Under the pieces are notes generated by a model. That model made no database searches, was not told where the DNA came from, and saw only the letters and a program-made list of their open reading frames with translations. Made by a program: the position numbers and the translations under genes. Source: a virus (lineage: Duplodnaviria; Caudoviricetes). From it: DNA of 64,000 nt. Of the stretch, positions 1-10,142 are shown piece after piece (the first letter of the stretch is position 1; each line of letters begins with the position of its first letter). The stretch lies in IMG/VR virus record IMGVR_UViG_3300031998_000005. One strand, 5' to 3'.

Positions 1-6
1 CCGTAT

Positions 7-2133
7 ATGTATTTCTCGCAACATATCCGTCTTGCCTATCAACTCATAGATACCCCACTCCCCAAGTTGCCTACGGACATCCGCACGACAGGCGATGCGG
101 AGCAGGCGGCACAATGGATTGACGAAATTATTGAGTGGGGCGAAACCGACCAACTTGACAAGTCGCCCGAAGGCTACCACGATGTAGCCATTGACTATGA
201 AACCACGGGATTGAAACCCCATCGTGAAGGACACTCTATCAAGGCTGCGTCCGTTGGCTACCGCAAGGATGGAGAATACCACGCTATCGGATTTTGGTGG
301 GATAACGACAACGAACATTTGATTAACTCTTGGTATAGGCTCACGCACCACAAGTCCATCGGTATGGTCGCTCACAAGGCAGACTACGAAGCCTGTTGGA
401 CTAGGTTTAGGGCGGGTTTGCACGGGAGTCGCACCGATTGGATTGATAATTGGTCGTGGGACACTTGCCTTGGTGCCCACGTGATTGACAACAATCAAAA
501 GGTCGGGCTAAAACTCCATACCTACTGCGAACTTGGTGTCATCGGCTACGATGACAAGGCTGACGAGTTTATCTCCAAGACCTTGCCAGGTGAAGACCCG
601 CAAAGTTGCAACTCGTTCAATATGCTCAAAAAGGATGTGGGTGTTCCCAAGGGCGACATCGCTTTCTACTGCGGACAGGACTCCGCTTATACCATCGCCC
701 TGCGTGATGTTCAATCCGCTCAAATGGCAGGGCTTGAAAAGCCGTTCCGTTTCTTTATGCAAGGTATGGACGCTCTTGCCCGTGTGCAGTCGGAGGGGTT
801 GCCGATTGACTATGCCAAGATTAACGACTTGCAGGCTGAATTGGAAGCCAAGTATAAGGAATCCGAAGATGCCGTCAAGGTGTCCGATGAGGCAAGGCGG
901 TGGTGTAAGTTGCACCCAGGCGAGTCCTTTAACCCGCTCTCCAATAAACAGATTGTGGAAGTCCTGTATAAGATTTGCGAACTGAAACCGCCTTCGGGTA
1001 AGGAAGACGCTACGGGCGATACCCTTGAAAAATTGGGAACTCCGTTCTGCAAGGCTATCTTGGGTATGCGACGGTGGGCAAAAATTATGGACTTCTTGGA
1101 TAGTTATAAACGAGAAGCCGTTTGGGATGAAGAAAAGCAGGCTTATCTTATCCGTCCGTTCTTCAACTTGTCCACGGGTGCGGGTGGCGATGGCGATGCC
1201 GGTCCACGAACCTATCGTTCGTCTGCCGACAGCCCGAATTTCCAAAACATTCCGAAACGTGACAAAGAAATGAAGAAATTGCTCCGTTCCCTGTTCGTTG
1301 CCCCCAAGGGCTACCGCTTTATGGAAATGGACTACAAAAGCCTTGAAGTGATGGTGTCCGCTTCTTATCATCACGACCCGCAGATGATACACTACTTGCA
1401 GAACCCCGCATCGGATATGCACAGAGATACCGCCTGTGATATGTATATCCGTAAGCCCGAAGAACTGACCAAGGAAGAACGCTCCACCATCAAGGCGGGC
1501 TACGTTTTCAGTTCGTTCTATGGTGCGTCCTACAAGTCTTGTGCTAGGTATATGTGGAATAATATGCCGAAGACCACCAAGGAACACTTGATGAAAGACT
1601 GCGGGATTAAGACCTACGAAAAGTGGGAGGCACACGTCAAGAAAGGCGATGACATCTTTTGGAATCAGCGTTTCAAGGTTTACAATGCGTGGCGTGGCAC
1701 GGAATGGGATAGATACCAAAAGTTCGGATATGTGCAGTCCTATACGGGTTTCCGTTGCTACGGACCGATGGGCTACACCGAAGCAACGAACCGCTGTATT
1801 CAAGGGTCTGCATTCCATATCCTGCTGAAAGCCCTTACCTACGACTTGAAAGACTTTAAGGCACAGGGTTTGCAGTCCTGCATTATCGGGCAAATCCACG
1901 ATGCTATTATCGCTCTCGTCAAGGAAGGCGAAGAAGATGCTGTCGCCAAGATTGTGTTCGGTAATGGCGTAAAGCGTGTCAGCCAGGAATTTCCTTGGAT
2001 TTGTGTTCCGCTCGTTATTGAAGCCGATGCGTCTGCCGTTGATGGCTCTTGGGCAAAGATGACCGAAGTGGGTGCTTTGCGGACGGAGGGTATGCCCGAA
2101 AATTGGGAAACCAAGTTTGAGGTAGCCCATTGA
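7..2133 (+). CDS. polA: Family A DNA polymerase with 3'-5' exonuclease (probably 5'-truncated by window edge)
   Basis: ExoI DYETTG; RSSADSPNFQNIP; motif A DYKSLE; motif B R..IK...F..FYG; motif C QIHD; frame open from base 1. Confidence 0.95.
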   Translation: MYFSQHIRLAYQLIDTPLPKLPTDIRTTGDAEQAAQWIDEIIEWGETDQLDKSPEGYHDVAIDYETTGLKPHREGHSIKAASVGYRKDGEYHAIGFWWDNDNEHLINSWYRLTHHKSIGMVAHKADYEACWTRFRAGLHGSRTDWIDNWSWDTCLGAHVIDNNQKVGLKLHTYCELGVIGYDDKADEFISKTLPGEDPQSCNSFNMLKKDVGVPKGDIAFYCGQDSAYTIALRDVQSAQMAGLEKPFRFFMQGMDALARVQSEGLPIDYAKINDLQAELEAKYKESEDAVKVSDEARRWCKLHPGESFNPLSNKQIVEVLYKICELKPPSGKEDATGDTLEKLGTPFCKAILGMRRWAKIMDFLDSYKREAVWDEEKQAYLIRPFFNLSTGAGGDGDAGPRTYRSSADSPNFQNIPKRDKEMKKLLRSLFVAPKGYRFMEMDYKSLEVMVSASYHHDPQMIHYLQNPASDMHRDTACDMYIRKPEELTKEERSTIKAGYVFSSFYGASYKSCARYMWNNMPKTTKEHLMKDCGIKTYEKWEAHVKKGDDIFWNQRFKVYNAWRGTEWDRYQKFGYVQSYTGFRCYGPMGYTEATNRCIQGSAFHILLKALTYDLKDFKAQGLQSCIIGQIHDAIIALVKEGEEDAVAKIVFGNGVKRVSQEFPWICVPLVIEADASAVDGSWAKMTEVGALRTEGMPENWETKFEVAH

Positions 2134-2876
2134 TTGAGTTGAACAAAATCTACAATATGGATTGTCTTGATGGTATAAAGGACATTGAAGACAATAGCAT
2201 TGACCTTGTTTTGACCGACCCCCCGTATCTATTTGACAATAGTAATTGGGATGTTTCCGACGTGAACGGGGCGAAAAGCCTTATCGCCCACAACAGGTTA
2301 TATAGCACCACGGGTGTCCTGCGTGATGAACTAGGTCATTTCGCAGAAGAAGAAATCTGTTGCCTGTTTGACGCACTTATCCCGAAGATGAAAAAGGTCA
2401 ATATGTTCTTTTTCTGCTCCGAAGAACAAGTGCCTATCTATGGAATGGAAGCCCGCAAGCGTAGCCTGCACTACAATATCCTTGTTTGGGAAAAGCCGTT
2501 GTCCATCATAAACAAGAACAGGTTTTCTATGAATACGGAATACCTTGTGCGAGTATATGATTTCGGAACGGGATTGAACCGCTTGGACACGAATGACCAC
2601 TATAACAAGGTTCTGCACGATGCTAGGGTCACGGATAAAATCCACCCGACCCAAAAGCCTGTTTCTATATTTCGCAAGATGATTAAACTTACGACCCAAC
2701 CTGGCGATGTAGTCCTTGACCCGTTTATCGGCAGTGGCACGACAGCAGAGGCTGCGGTCATAGAGAAACGCAAGTTCATCGGGTTTGAGAAGAACGAAGA
2801 ATACTACAAGGGGGCTAATGCCCGCCTGCGTAATTTCACAGGACCGTTCCACCTGTTTGGAAACATTGGGGTATAA
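2130..2876 (+). CDS. DNA methyltransferase, N4C/N6A beta class (MTase-1)
   Basis: DPPY before HPTQKP and DPFIGSGTT. Confidence 0.92.
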   Translation: MIELNKIYNMDCLDGIKDIEDNSIDLVLTDPPYLFDNSNWDVSDVNGAKSLIAHNRLYSTTGVLRDELGHFAEEEICCLFDALIPKMKKVNMFFFCSEEQVPIYGMEARKRSLHYNILVWEKPLSIINKNRFSMNTEYLVRVYDFGTGLNRLDTNDHYNKVLHDARVTDKIHPTQKPVSIFRKMIKLTTQPGDVVLDPFIGSGTTAEAAVIEKRKFIGFEKNEEYYKGANARLRNFTGPFHLFGNIGV

Positions 2877-2879
2877 CAG

Positions 2880-3647
2880 ATGGAATTGAACAGGATATAC
2901 AACAGGGATTGCTTGGAAGGTATGAAGGACATACCCGATGGCAGTGTGGATTGTATTATCTGCGATTTGCCCTACGGAACGACTGCCTGTCAGTGGGATG
3001 TAATTCTCCCCTTTGACAAACTTTGGGAGCAGTATAAGCGTATTGCACGTGAAGACGCACCTATCCTGCTATTCTCAAAACAGCCGTTCACGAGCCATTT
3101 GGTTTTATCTAACCTTGAAATGTTTAGGTATGAACTGATTTGGGAAAAAACCCGCCACAGCAACAATATGCAGTTGGGTAAGCAACCCGCAGCAATTCAC
3201 GAAAACATTGACGTGTTCTATCAAAAGCAACCCGTATTCAACGAGCAGAAGTTCAACGTAGACCCCAAATACATTGACAAGCGTAAGAGCATTAACAATG
3301 CGATTTACAATAGCGAACATTACACGGGAACAATGACCAGGAAAGCGGACGATGGAACTCGCCATTCCCAAAGTATTCTCCCGTTCAATTCCGTATGGCA
3401 ACAGGATATGCACCCTACGCAGAAACCTGTGGATTTAATCCGCTATCTTATTCGCACCTACTCTAATCCAGGTGATACCATCTTGGATAATTGTATGGGC
3501 AGTGGCACTACCGCCATCGCAGCCGTCCTAGAAAAGCGTAAATTTATCGGATTTGAAACAAACAAGGAATACTTTGATATTGCCAACAAGCGGTTGCGGG
3601 ATTTGACAGGACCGTTCCGCATTTACGGAAATATCGGAAATGAATAA
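2880..3647 (+). CDS. DNA methyltransferase, beta class (MTase-2)
   Basis: DLPY, HPTQKP, DNCMGSGTT. Confidence 0.92.
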   Translation: MELNRIYNRDCLEGMKDIPDGSVDCIICDLPYGTTACQWDVILPFDKLWEQYKRIAREDAPILLFSKQPFTSHLVLSNLEMFRYELIWEKTRHSNNMQLGKQPAAIHENIDVFYQKQPVFNEQKFNVDPKYIDKRKSINNAIYNSEHYTGTMTRKADDGTRHSQSILPFNSVWQQDMHPTQKPVDLIRYLIRTYSNPGDTILDNCMGSGTTAIAAVLEKRKFIGFETNKEYFDIANKRLRDLTGPFRIYGNIGNE

Positions 3648-3652
3648 CAACG

Positions 3653-3666
3653 TGCTATATATTTAA
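3653..3666 (+). promoter_or_regulatory. Class II promoter-like element (TGCTATAT extended -10, no -35)
   Basis: Same motif recurs intergenically at 5565, 6217, 9133, 15049, 39368. Confidence 0.55.
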
Positions 3667-3678
3667 CGAGGAAACACT

Positions 3679-3987
3679 ATGGATAATTTTCAAATTGCAA
3701 AACAAATGGTGATGGATATTCAAGCGGTCGCTACCGAAGCATTGGACCGCTTGGATAGACTTCCGACCGAAGAAACCATTTCCGTGGATAAGGCTTGCCA
3801 AGCCGTTCACGAATGTGCAAAAGGCTACGAAGATTTCATTGATAATCTTACTATTGAAGCCTGTTGCAACATTCTGCTCAAAAAATATCAAGGGCACGAA
3901 CCCTCGCAGGGCGATGTTCTTACTTTCAAGACAGCCATTGAACTGACACTCCATAATGACTATGGCGTGTCCACATCCAAATTTTAA
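3679..3987 (+). CDS. Hypothetical protein
   Basis: GAGG RBS; C-terminus (GHEPSQGDVLTFK) paralogous to next gene. Confidence 0.75.
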   Translation: MDNFQIAKQMVMDIQAVATEALDRLDRLPTEETISVDKACQAVHECAKGYEDFIDNLTIEACCNILLKKYQGHEPSQGDVLTFKTAIELTLHNDYGVSTSKF

Positions 3988-4008
3988 CCCACAACCAAGG
4001 AATAAATT

Positions 4009-4368
4009 ATGCAGACTGATATAGACATCCAAGACATCAAAGACGATGTGGATAGGCTTGCCGAAAAATACACCGACCAAGCCGATGAAATCAAGGAAGA
4101 CATTGACAGGCTCGTGGCAGAATACGAAGACCGCATTGACTCCCTTGAAGACGATAACGGTCATCTGGCTTCCCGTGTGGAAGAATTGGAAGAAGAACTT
4201 GAAGAAAAGGAACAGGCACTTGCGAATGTCAATCTTGAAGACTACGCATCCTCTATGCTCCAAACCTTTACAGGACACGAACCGAATATGGGCGAAGTCC
4301 TGTCGCTCAAGGATGACCTTGAAAAACTCTTGACAACCAAATACAACATTTCGTTAGGAAATCTCTAA
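4009..4368 (+). CDS. Acidic coiled-coil hypothetical protein
   Basis: AAGGA RBS; internal repeat IK(D/E)D(V/I)DRL; GHEPNMGEVLSLK. Confidence 0.75.
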   Translation: MQTDIDIQDIKDDVDRLAEKYTDQADEIKEDIDRLVAEYEDRIDSLEDDNGHLASRVEELEEELEEKEQALANVNLEDYASSMLQTFTGHEPNMGEVLSLKDDLEKLLTTKYNISLGNL

Positions 4369-4369
4369 T

Positions 4370-5314
4370 ATGTCGCTTTACAAAGAATACAGACCGAAAA
4401 CCCTTGATGAAATGATGGGCAACGAAAAGACCATTGAAGCCATCAAGACCCATTTCGCACAAGACCCGAAACGTGTTTCCCACTGCCATATCTTCTATGG
4501 CGGTAGCGGTTGCGGAAAGACTACCATCGCCCGTGCCATCGCTACTGAAATTCTCCACGCTGACCCGACTTTCAGCATTCGTGAGTATAACTCGTCTAAC
4601 AATCGTGGCATTGACACAGTCCGTGTGATTACCGATGAAATGAAGGGTATGCCCCTTAAAGGCAAGTCGCTCGTCTATATCATTGACGAAGCACACGGAA
4701 TGACCACGGACGCTAAACGTGCTTTCTTGAAGCCCACTGAAGATATGCCGAACCACGTGTATTTCTTCTTCTGCACCACGAACTTGACGCAGTTCTTGAA
4801 GGGCGATGAAGGCAAGGCTTTGGCTACCCGTAGCACCCAATGGAAGATGGAACCGCTCAATCCCCGTCAGTTGGGCAAGTTGGTTCTCCGTGTTGCTGAT
4901 GCAGAAAAGTTCAATGTTGATGACAAGGTGCTTACCGCCATTATGGATGTAGCCGATGGCTCTCCCCGTGCCGCCCTTGTCGCTCTTGAAAAGATTATGT
5001 CGCAACCGAACGACATTGACGCACAACTTAAAATCCTTGAAGGTGGTTTGGAAGAAGACCCCGATACCTTGGCGTTCTGCCGTGCCATTACTGCGGGTAA
5101 GCCGTCTTGGAAACAGATTTCGGACATCTTGAAAGATATGAAAGGCAGGGTGGATTCCGAAACGGTCCGCAGGGGCGTTCTTGGCTACTGCACGACTATT
5201 ATGCTCAAGAGCGGGTCTGACCGCATTTCCCGTGTAATGGAAGAATTTGCCGTGAATACCTATGATACGGGTTTCCCTGGGCTTGTTCTCGCAGCATATA
5301 GGTCGTTGAACTAA
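4370..5314 (+). CDS. DnaX (gamma/tau)-like clamp loader AAA+ ATPase
   Basis: [13 protein letters not shown], Walker [10 protein letters not shown], Walker B IIDEAH, FFFCTT. Confidence 0.9.
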   Translation: MSLYKEYRPKTLDEMMGNEKTIEAIKTHFAQDPKRVSHCHIFYGGSGCGKTTIARAIATEILHADPTFSIREYNSSNNRGIDTVRVITDEMKGMPLKGKSLVYIIDEAHGMTTDAKRAFLKPTEDMPNHVYFFFCTTNLTQFLKGDEGKALATRSTQWKMEPLNPRQLGKLVLRVADAEKFNVDDKVLTAIMDVADGSPRAALVALEKIMSQPNDIDAQLKILEGGLEEDPDTLAFCRAITAGKPSWKQISDILKDMKGRVDSETVRRGVLGYCTTIMLKSGSDRISRVMEEFAVNTYDTGFPGLVLAAYRSLN

Positions 5315-5559
5315 TGAAGAAAAATCAAAATCCGAATAAGGTTGGCGGGGTCGCCATTGAAAACTGCTTGGTGCTTGAAGCATTGGGCGGGGATAAGTTC
5401 AAGGTCAAACTCCCCAACGACCACGAAATGATTTGCCACCTGTCGGGCAAGATACGGAAAAACCATATCCGTATTCTGCCCTACGATACTGTGACGATTG
5501 AGGTCAGTCCTTACGATGTAATGAACAACGGCAGGATTGTCTATCGTAACAAAAAGTAG
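5314..5559 (+). CDS. infA: Translation initiation factor IF-1
   Basis: [40 protein letters not shown]...GRIVYR signature. Confidence 0.93.
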   Translation: MKKNQNPNKVGGVAIENCLVLEALGGDKFKVKLPNDHEMICHLSGKIRKNHIRILPYDTVTIEVSPYDVMNNGRIVYRNKK

Positions 5560-5582
5560 TATGGTGCTATATATTTAATGTC

Positions 5583-5655
5583 GGACGAATAGCACAATGG
5601 TTAGTGCAACGGACTCATAACCCGTGGGTTCTTGGTTCAAGTCCAAGTTCGTCCA
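5583..5655 (+). tRNA. tRNA with CAT anticodon (Ile2 or elongator Met)
   Basis: Acceptor GGACGAA/TTCGTCC, loop CT-CAT-AA, T-arm CTTGG-TTCAAGT-CCAAG; no encoded CCA. Confidence 0.88.
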
Positions 5656-5686
5656 TTAAACTCTAACAATTAAAGGAAGAATAAAA

Positions 5687-6178
5687 ATGGCTAACAATTA
5701 CTCTTTCTCCATCGGTCAAGTGGACCCCGACCTGGAAATTGACTTTATGGATTTACAGCCCCCTGTGGCTATGCAGGCTTCCCTGTATGGTTATTACAGT
5801 GACAAGGCGGTGGACGCACGTGCCGAGCGTGATTCTGCCGTGAACGAACTTGACAGGGTGACCTCTGCGGTTGAACTTGAAATCCGTGAAGACGCTGCCA
5901 AGAGCGGAGAAAAACTGACCGAAGCCAAGGTAAACGCCAAGGTGGAACAGGACAAGCGTGTAGTGGAACTCAAGGAAATCGTGGTTGAAAAGAACCGCAT
6001 TCTGCAACGCCACGAAGCCAAGTGCCGTGCCCTTGACCACAAGAAATCTATGATTGAATGTGCTGTCCGTATGATGCTCTCCAAGTCCAACGTAATGAGC
6101 GAAAAGGGCGTGGCTGACGAATGGGCAGGCGATGAATCGCAAAAGGCTATCCGCAGGGAACTGCGTGGTGGCAAATAA
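5687..6178 (+). CDS. UvsY-like recombination mediator (helical)
   Basis: Coiled-coil with GEKLTEAKVNAKV; position before SSB and RecA/UvsX. Confidence 0.55.
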   Translation: MANNYSFSIGQVDPDLEIDFMDLQPPVAMQASLYGYYSDKAVDARAERDSAVNELDRVTSAVELEIREDAAKSGEKLTEAKVNAKVEQDKRVVELKEIVVEKNRILQRHEAKCRALDHKKSMIECAVRMMLSKSNVMSEKGVADEWAGDESQKAIRRELRGGK

Positions 6179-6328
6179 AAAGTTTCAATATGGTAATAGC
6201 CAAAATGACGCTATCTTGCTATATTGAAGTATCGCCCCTTGCGGAGTTCTCCTATTCCGTAAAGGGCGTAGTGAATAGTGAACAAGAACAAACAACGCAA
6301 ACAGCAAACTACATAAAAGGAGTTGAAT

Positions 6329-7741
6329 ATGGCAGGATTTGACCGTAGCCGTATTAGCGGTGGCTTGGGTCGTCGCACCCAACAGCAGACCGATACCCGT
6401 GAATCCGCAGGCGGTGTGGGCCGTCAAGGATTTATGAACTATTCCACGCACAAACTGAAGTTCTTTAAGATGGGCGAGCCTGGGACTTACCACGACTTGA
6501 ACATTTTGCCGTGGCTTATCAGTTCCAAGAACCACCCCGAAGTGGTGGCAGGACACGCACAGGTTGGCGACCCCGACTACGTGCTTGACTTGATGGTTCA
6601 CACTCGTATCGGACCGAACCAGGGCGACTACATCTGCCCGAAGAAGAATTTTAACAAGCCGTGTCCGATTTGCGAACAGGCTGATGAACTTTGGAAGAAC
6701 GACAAGACCAAGGACGAAGCCCGTTCGCTGTTCGCTCGCCGTAAGTGCGTCTATCTCGTGCAGGAACTCACTGACGAGTTCCACGCCAAGAGTGAAGACC
6801 CGATGGTGTTTGAAGTGTCGCACTCCGTTTTCTCCAAGGAATTGCAGAGCCGTGCCACCTCTTGCCTGCGTGGTAAGGGTGTCGTGAATTTCGCTGACCC
6901 CGATGTTAAGGTTGGCAAGGTCGTGTCCTTCTCCGTGAACGAAGAAACGATGGGCAACGGCAAGAAGTTCAAGCAGGCGGGCAACTTTGAGTTCAACGAA
7001 CGTGTTGAAGAAATCAGCGATGAAATTCTTGAAAAGTGTCCGTCCTTGGATTCTATGATGGTCATTAAGACTTATGACCAACTCAAGTCTGCTCTTTATG
7101 GTGACCCCGATGACGTAGAAGAAGATTTTGAAAATCAGCAGGACGAAGACGAACAGCCGTCTGCTCGTTTCCGTGACAACGAACCCCAGGACTACGCAGC
7201 AGGACGCTCTCGCCATAACGATGTGGAAGAAGACGAAGCACCCGCACCGAGGCGTGGTCGTCGCCCTGTTGCCGAAGAAACCGAAGAACCCGCACCGAGG
7301 CGTAGCCGTCCGCAGGCAGAACCCGCAGATGAACAGGAAGAAACCCCTGCTCCCAGGCGTAGTCGCCCGCAGGCAGAAGAACCCGCTCCTGCTCGTTTTA
7401 AGGACAACGAACCCCCCGCAGACGAAGACTTTGTTGTGGACACGTCCGCTGACCCCTACACGGCTGCAAGACGCAGTTCCCGCAAGTCCAAAGTAGAACA
7501 GGATTCTACCAAGGAATCCGTCCGTCCGACTGAAAAAGCACCCGCTATGCCGTTTGACGATGAGGAAGAAGAACAGCCCGCAGAAAAGGCTGAAACTCCG
7601 AAGCGTGGAGCGTCCGAAGGCGAATGCCCGAACGGATATGAATTTGGTAAGGACTGCGAACGCCAACCGCTTTGTAGCCGTTGCCCCGATGCCATTTGGT
7701 CCAAGTGCGATGCCTGCCATCGCAGGATGGCTCGCAAGTAA
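6329..7741 (+). CDS. gp32-like single-stranded DNA-binding protein with long acidic repeat tail and C-terminal Cys cluster
   Basis: H..IGP....ICP......CPICE Zn site; acidic tail; position upstream of recombinase. Confidence 0.7.
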   Translation: MAGFDRSRISGGLGRRTQQQTDTRESAGGVGRQGFMNYSTHKLKFFKMGEPGTYHDLNILPWLISSKNHPEVVAGHAQVGDPDYVLDLMVHTRIGPNQGDYICPKKNFNKPCPICEQADELWKNDKTKDEARSLFARRKCVYLVQELTDEFHAKSEDPMVFEVSHSVFSKELQSRATSCLRGKGVVNFADPDVKVGKVVSFSVNEETMGNGKKFKQAGNFEFNERVEEISDEILEKCPSLDSMMVIKTYDQLKSALYGDPDDVEEDFENQQDEDEQPSARFRDNEPQDYAAGRSRHNDVEEDEAPAPRRGRRPVAEETEEPAPRRSRPQAEPADEQEETPAPRRSRPQAEEPAPARFKDNEPPADEDFVVDTSADPYTAARRSSRKSKVEQDSTKESVRPTEKAPAMPFDDEEEEQPAEKAETPKRGASEGECPNGYEFGKDCERQPLCSRCPDAIWSKCDACHRRMARK

Positions 7742-7761
7742 GAAATACCCGTAAACAACAA

Positions 7762-7794
7762 GGGGGCGTTGGTGCTATGCTAACGCCCCTTTTT
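7762..7794 (+). terminator. Intrinsic terminator
   Basis: GGGGCGTTGG/CTAACGCCCC stem plus T-run. Confidence 0.7.
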
Positions 7795-7808
7795 ACCAAG
7801 GACATATT

Positions 7809-9122
7809 ATGGCTGCTAAAAAGAAAGAAGATTTCGGTGTCATAGCCGAAGAACCCCGTGTCCGTATGGGTAGCGATTTGCTTGACCTACTCGTAGGCGG
7901 TGACAAGGGTGTGTATGGTTTGCCTTTCGGAGTTATCATCCAGATTTGGGGCGATAGTTCTGCGGGTAAGACATTCATCAAGAACGAAATGATTGCCTCT
8001 ACCTATTGGCAGATGGGCGGTCCGAAAGCGAACCTTGTTTGGGAATCCGATGACAGCGAATCGGGCGATACGTTCAAGACGCAGTATCTGTATGGAATTG
8101 ACATCCATCCCGAAACTCGTAAGATTGGCCCGTATGAGTTCCACGATTCTTCTACTGTGGAAGAAATGGACGGCAAATTGACCAATATGCTGAATTGGAT
8201 GCCCGCAGGAACTTACGGCATTTATGCCGTGGACTCCCTTGATGGTCTTGCCGATAAGGAAATCATCGCCAAGGAAGCCGCCCGTGCAAAGAAACAGGCA
8301 AAGGGCGAAGAAGTCAAGGACGAAGGCGATTTCGGTGCCCACATCGCCAAGTTCTTGTCGCAGGACTTTTTCCGCACAAAGCACAAGCCTTTGGAAAAGA
8401 AGAAGACTACACTCATTATCGTTTCGCAGACCCGTTCCAATATCGGTGGGGGCAACTACGGTCCTAAAAGGAAAACGAGTAATGGCGATGCGATGGAGTT
8501 CTACTGCCACACCCGTTTGAAAGTGTCTAGGCTTGCCTGGATTATGCGTGAAGGCACAAAGGTGGGCGTGGTGGTCAAGGCTACGACTACCAAGGCTAAA
8601 ACTCCCCGTCCGTATCGTGAAGTGGTCTATACGGCTTACTTTGATTACGGCATTGACAACATCGGTTCTAACTTGGATTACCTGTTTGACCTTCGTGGCG
8701 ATGACGGGGCATTGAAAAAGTCTGCCGATAGTATCGCTTGGAGTGCCAATGCCAAGAAGAAGACGATGGCTAATCTCAAAGATTGGTTGGATAAGAACGG
8801 GTGGACTGCCGAGTGCAAGGCTGACCGCAAGGCTGCGGAGGGTAGCAACTCCCTTACTGTGGATTGGGTCATCGGGTGGGCTACCGAAGAACCCGAACGC
8901 AAGGCTAATTTTGATGAGGAATTTGGAGAAGAATACTCTCGTGATGAACTTATTAAACTTTGCGAAGACAATCCCGAAATGGCAGAAGAACTGACCCGCA
9001 GAGTGCGTGAAAAGTGGGAAGCACACGAAGACGCAGTAGCGTCCAAGCGACCCTCCAAATACGGCACTCGCCCTGTGGAACAGCCTGCTGAAGAACCCGT
9101 TGAAACAGCCGAAGCCGAATAA
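7809..9122 (+). CDS. RecA/UvsX-like recombinase
   Basis: GSDLLDLLVGG, Walker A GDSSAGKT, AVDSL, IIVSQTR, GDAMEFYCHTRL. Confidence 0.9.
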   Translation: MAAKKKEDFGVIAEEPRVRMGSDLLDLLVGGDKGVYGLPFGVIIQIWGDSSAGKTFIKNEMIASTYWQMGGPKANLVWESDDSESGDTFKTQYLYGIDIHPETRKIGPYEFHDSSTVEEMDGKLTNMLNWMPAGTYGIYAVDSLDGLADKEIIAKEAARAKKQAKGEEVKDEGDFGAHIAKFLSQDFFRTKHKPLEKKKTTLIIVSQTRSNIGGGNYGPKRKTSNGDAMEFYCHTRLKVSRLAWIMREGTKVGVVVKATTTKAKTPRPYREVVYTAYFDYGIDNIGSNLDYLFDLRGDDGALKKSADSIAWSANAKKKTMANLKDWLDKNGWTAECKADRKAAEGSNSLTVDWVIGWATEEPERKANFDEEFGEEYSRDELIKLCEDNPEMAEELTRRVREKWEAHEDAVASKRPSKYGTRPVEQPAEEPVETAEAE

Positions 9123-9144
9123 GGTAGTATCGTGCTATATTGTA

Positions 9145-9175
9145 AGTAGTGGGGCGATTATGCCCCGCTACTTTC
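9145..9175 (+). terminator. Hairpin / possible terminator
   Basis: AGTAGTGGGGC...GCCCCGCTACT followed by TTC. Confidence 0.45.
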
Positions 9176-9188
9176 TCATTTAAGGACT

Positions 9189-9374
9189 ATGGACACTTTG
9201 AAATTTTGGAAGAAATTAAATACGCTCGTCAAGACAAGAACCCCGATGAAGACTGCCCGTAAGATGGTGGAGTCGGGCGAGATTACCCAGGAAGAAATAG
9301 CGTGGGCTTTGGCAGCGTTGGCGACCTTACCGATAAGTATGTTTGAAGTAATGCAGGAAAAGGGTGCAGTGTAA
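9189..9374 (+). CDS. Hypothetical protein
   Basis: AAGGA RBS, abuts next gene. Confidence 0.65.
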   Translation: MDTLKFWKKLNTLVKTRTPMKTARKMVESGEITQEEIAWALAALATLPISMFEVMQEKGAV

Positions 9375-10139
9375 ATGGAGTTGAATAAAATCTATAACAC
9401 GGATTGCTTGGTAGGGATGAAAGAAATCCCCGACAAGAGCGTGGATATGGTTTTATGCGATTTGCCGTATGGAACTACATCTAACAAGTGGGATTCCATA
9501 ATCCCGTTCAAGGACTTGTGGGAAACATACGACAGGGTGTGTAAGGATAATGCTGCGATTGTAATGACTGCTAGTCAGCCTTTCACGTCTATGCTCATTA
9601 TGAGCAATCTTGAAATGTTTAGACACGAGTGGATTTGGATAAAAAATCAAGGGAGCAATTTTGCAAACACGGTCCGTGAACCCTTTAAGGAACACGAAGA
9701 AATCCTTGTATTTAGCAAAGGCAAGTGGACATATAATCCACAGATGCAAGAACGTGCTGAAAGCGGAAAGGGTCGTGTGCAGTATAACGTAAAATTCGCT
9801 AGTAAATCCTCTAATTATAGAGAGTTTGAAACACGTGATATAAACAAAAAATCGGATTTAAGAGTTCCATCATCGTGGCAACGATTTAACCGAGAAACGG
9901 GGCTACACCCTACTCAAAAGCCTGTGGATTTGTTTCGCTATTTAATCCGCACCTACTCTAATCCTGGCGACACGATTTTAGACAACTGCATTGGCAGTGG
10001 CACTACGGCTGTGGCTGCGGTTTTAGAAAAACGCAAGTTTATTGGATTTGAAACAGACAAGACCTACTATGAAAAGGCTAATGAACGATTACGGAAATTA
10101 ACAGGACCGTTCCATATCTATGGTAATATCGGAGTGTGA
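9375..10139 (+). CDS. DNA methyltransferase, beta class (MTase-3)
   Basis: DLPY, HPTQKP, DNCIGSGTT. Confidence 0.92.
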   Translation: MELNKIYNTDCLVGMKEIPDKSVDMVLCDLPYGTTSNKWDSIIPFKDLWETYDRVCKDNAAIVMTASQPFTSMLIMSNLEMFRHEWIWIKNQGSNFANTVREPFKEHEEILVFSKGKWTYNPQMQERAESGKGRVQYNVKFASKSSNYREFETRDINKKSDLRVPSSWQRFNRETGLHPTQKPVDLFRYLIRTYSNPGDTILDNCIGSGTTAVAAVLEKRKFIGFETDKTYYEKANERLRKLTGPFHIYGNIGV

Positions 10140-10142
10140 TGT

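Noticed and set aside
5583-5655. Initiator tRNA-fMet call
   Set aside because: G1-C72 is paired and only two of the three anticodon-stem G-C pairs are present.
508-9026. Long minus-strand ORFs (508-2130, 4307-5383, 6185-7720, 7887-9026)
   Set aside because: Antisense shadows of well-supported + strand genes, with no motifs.
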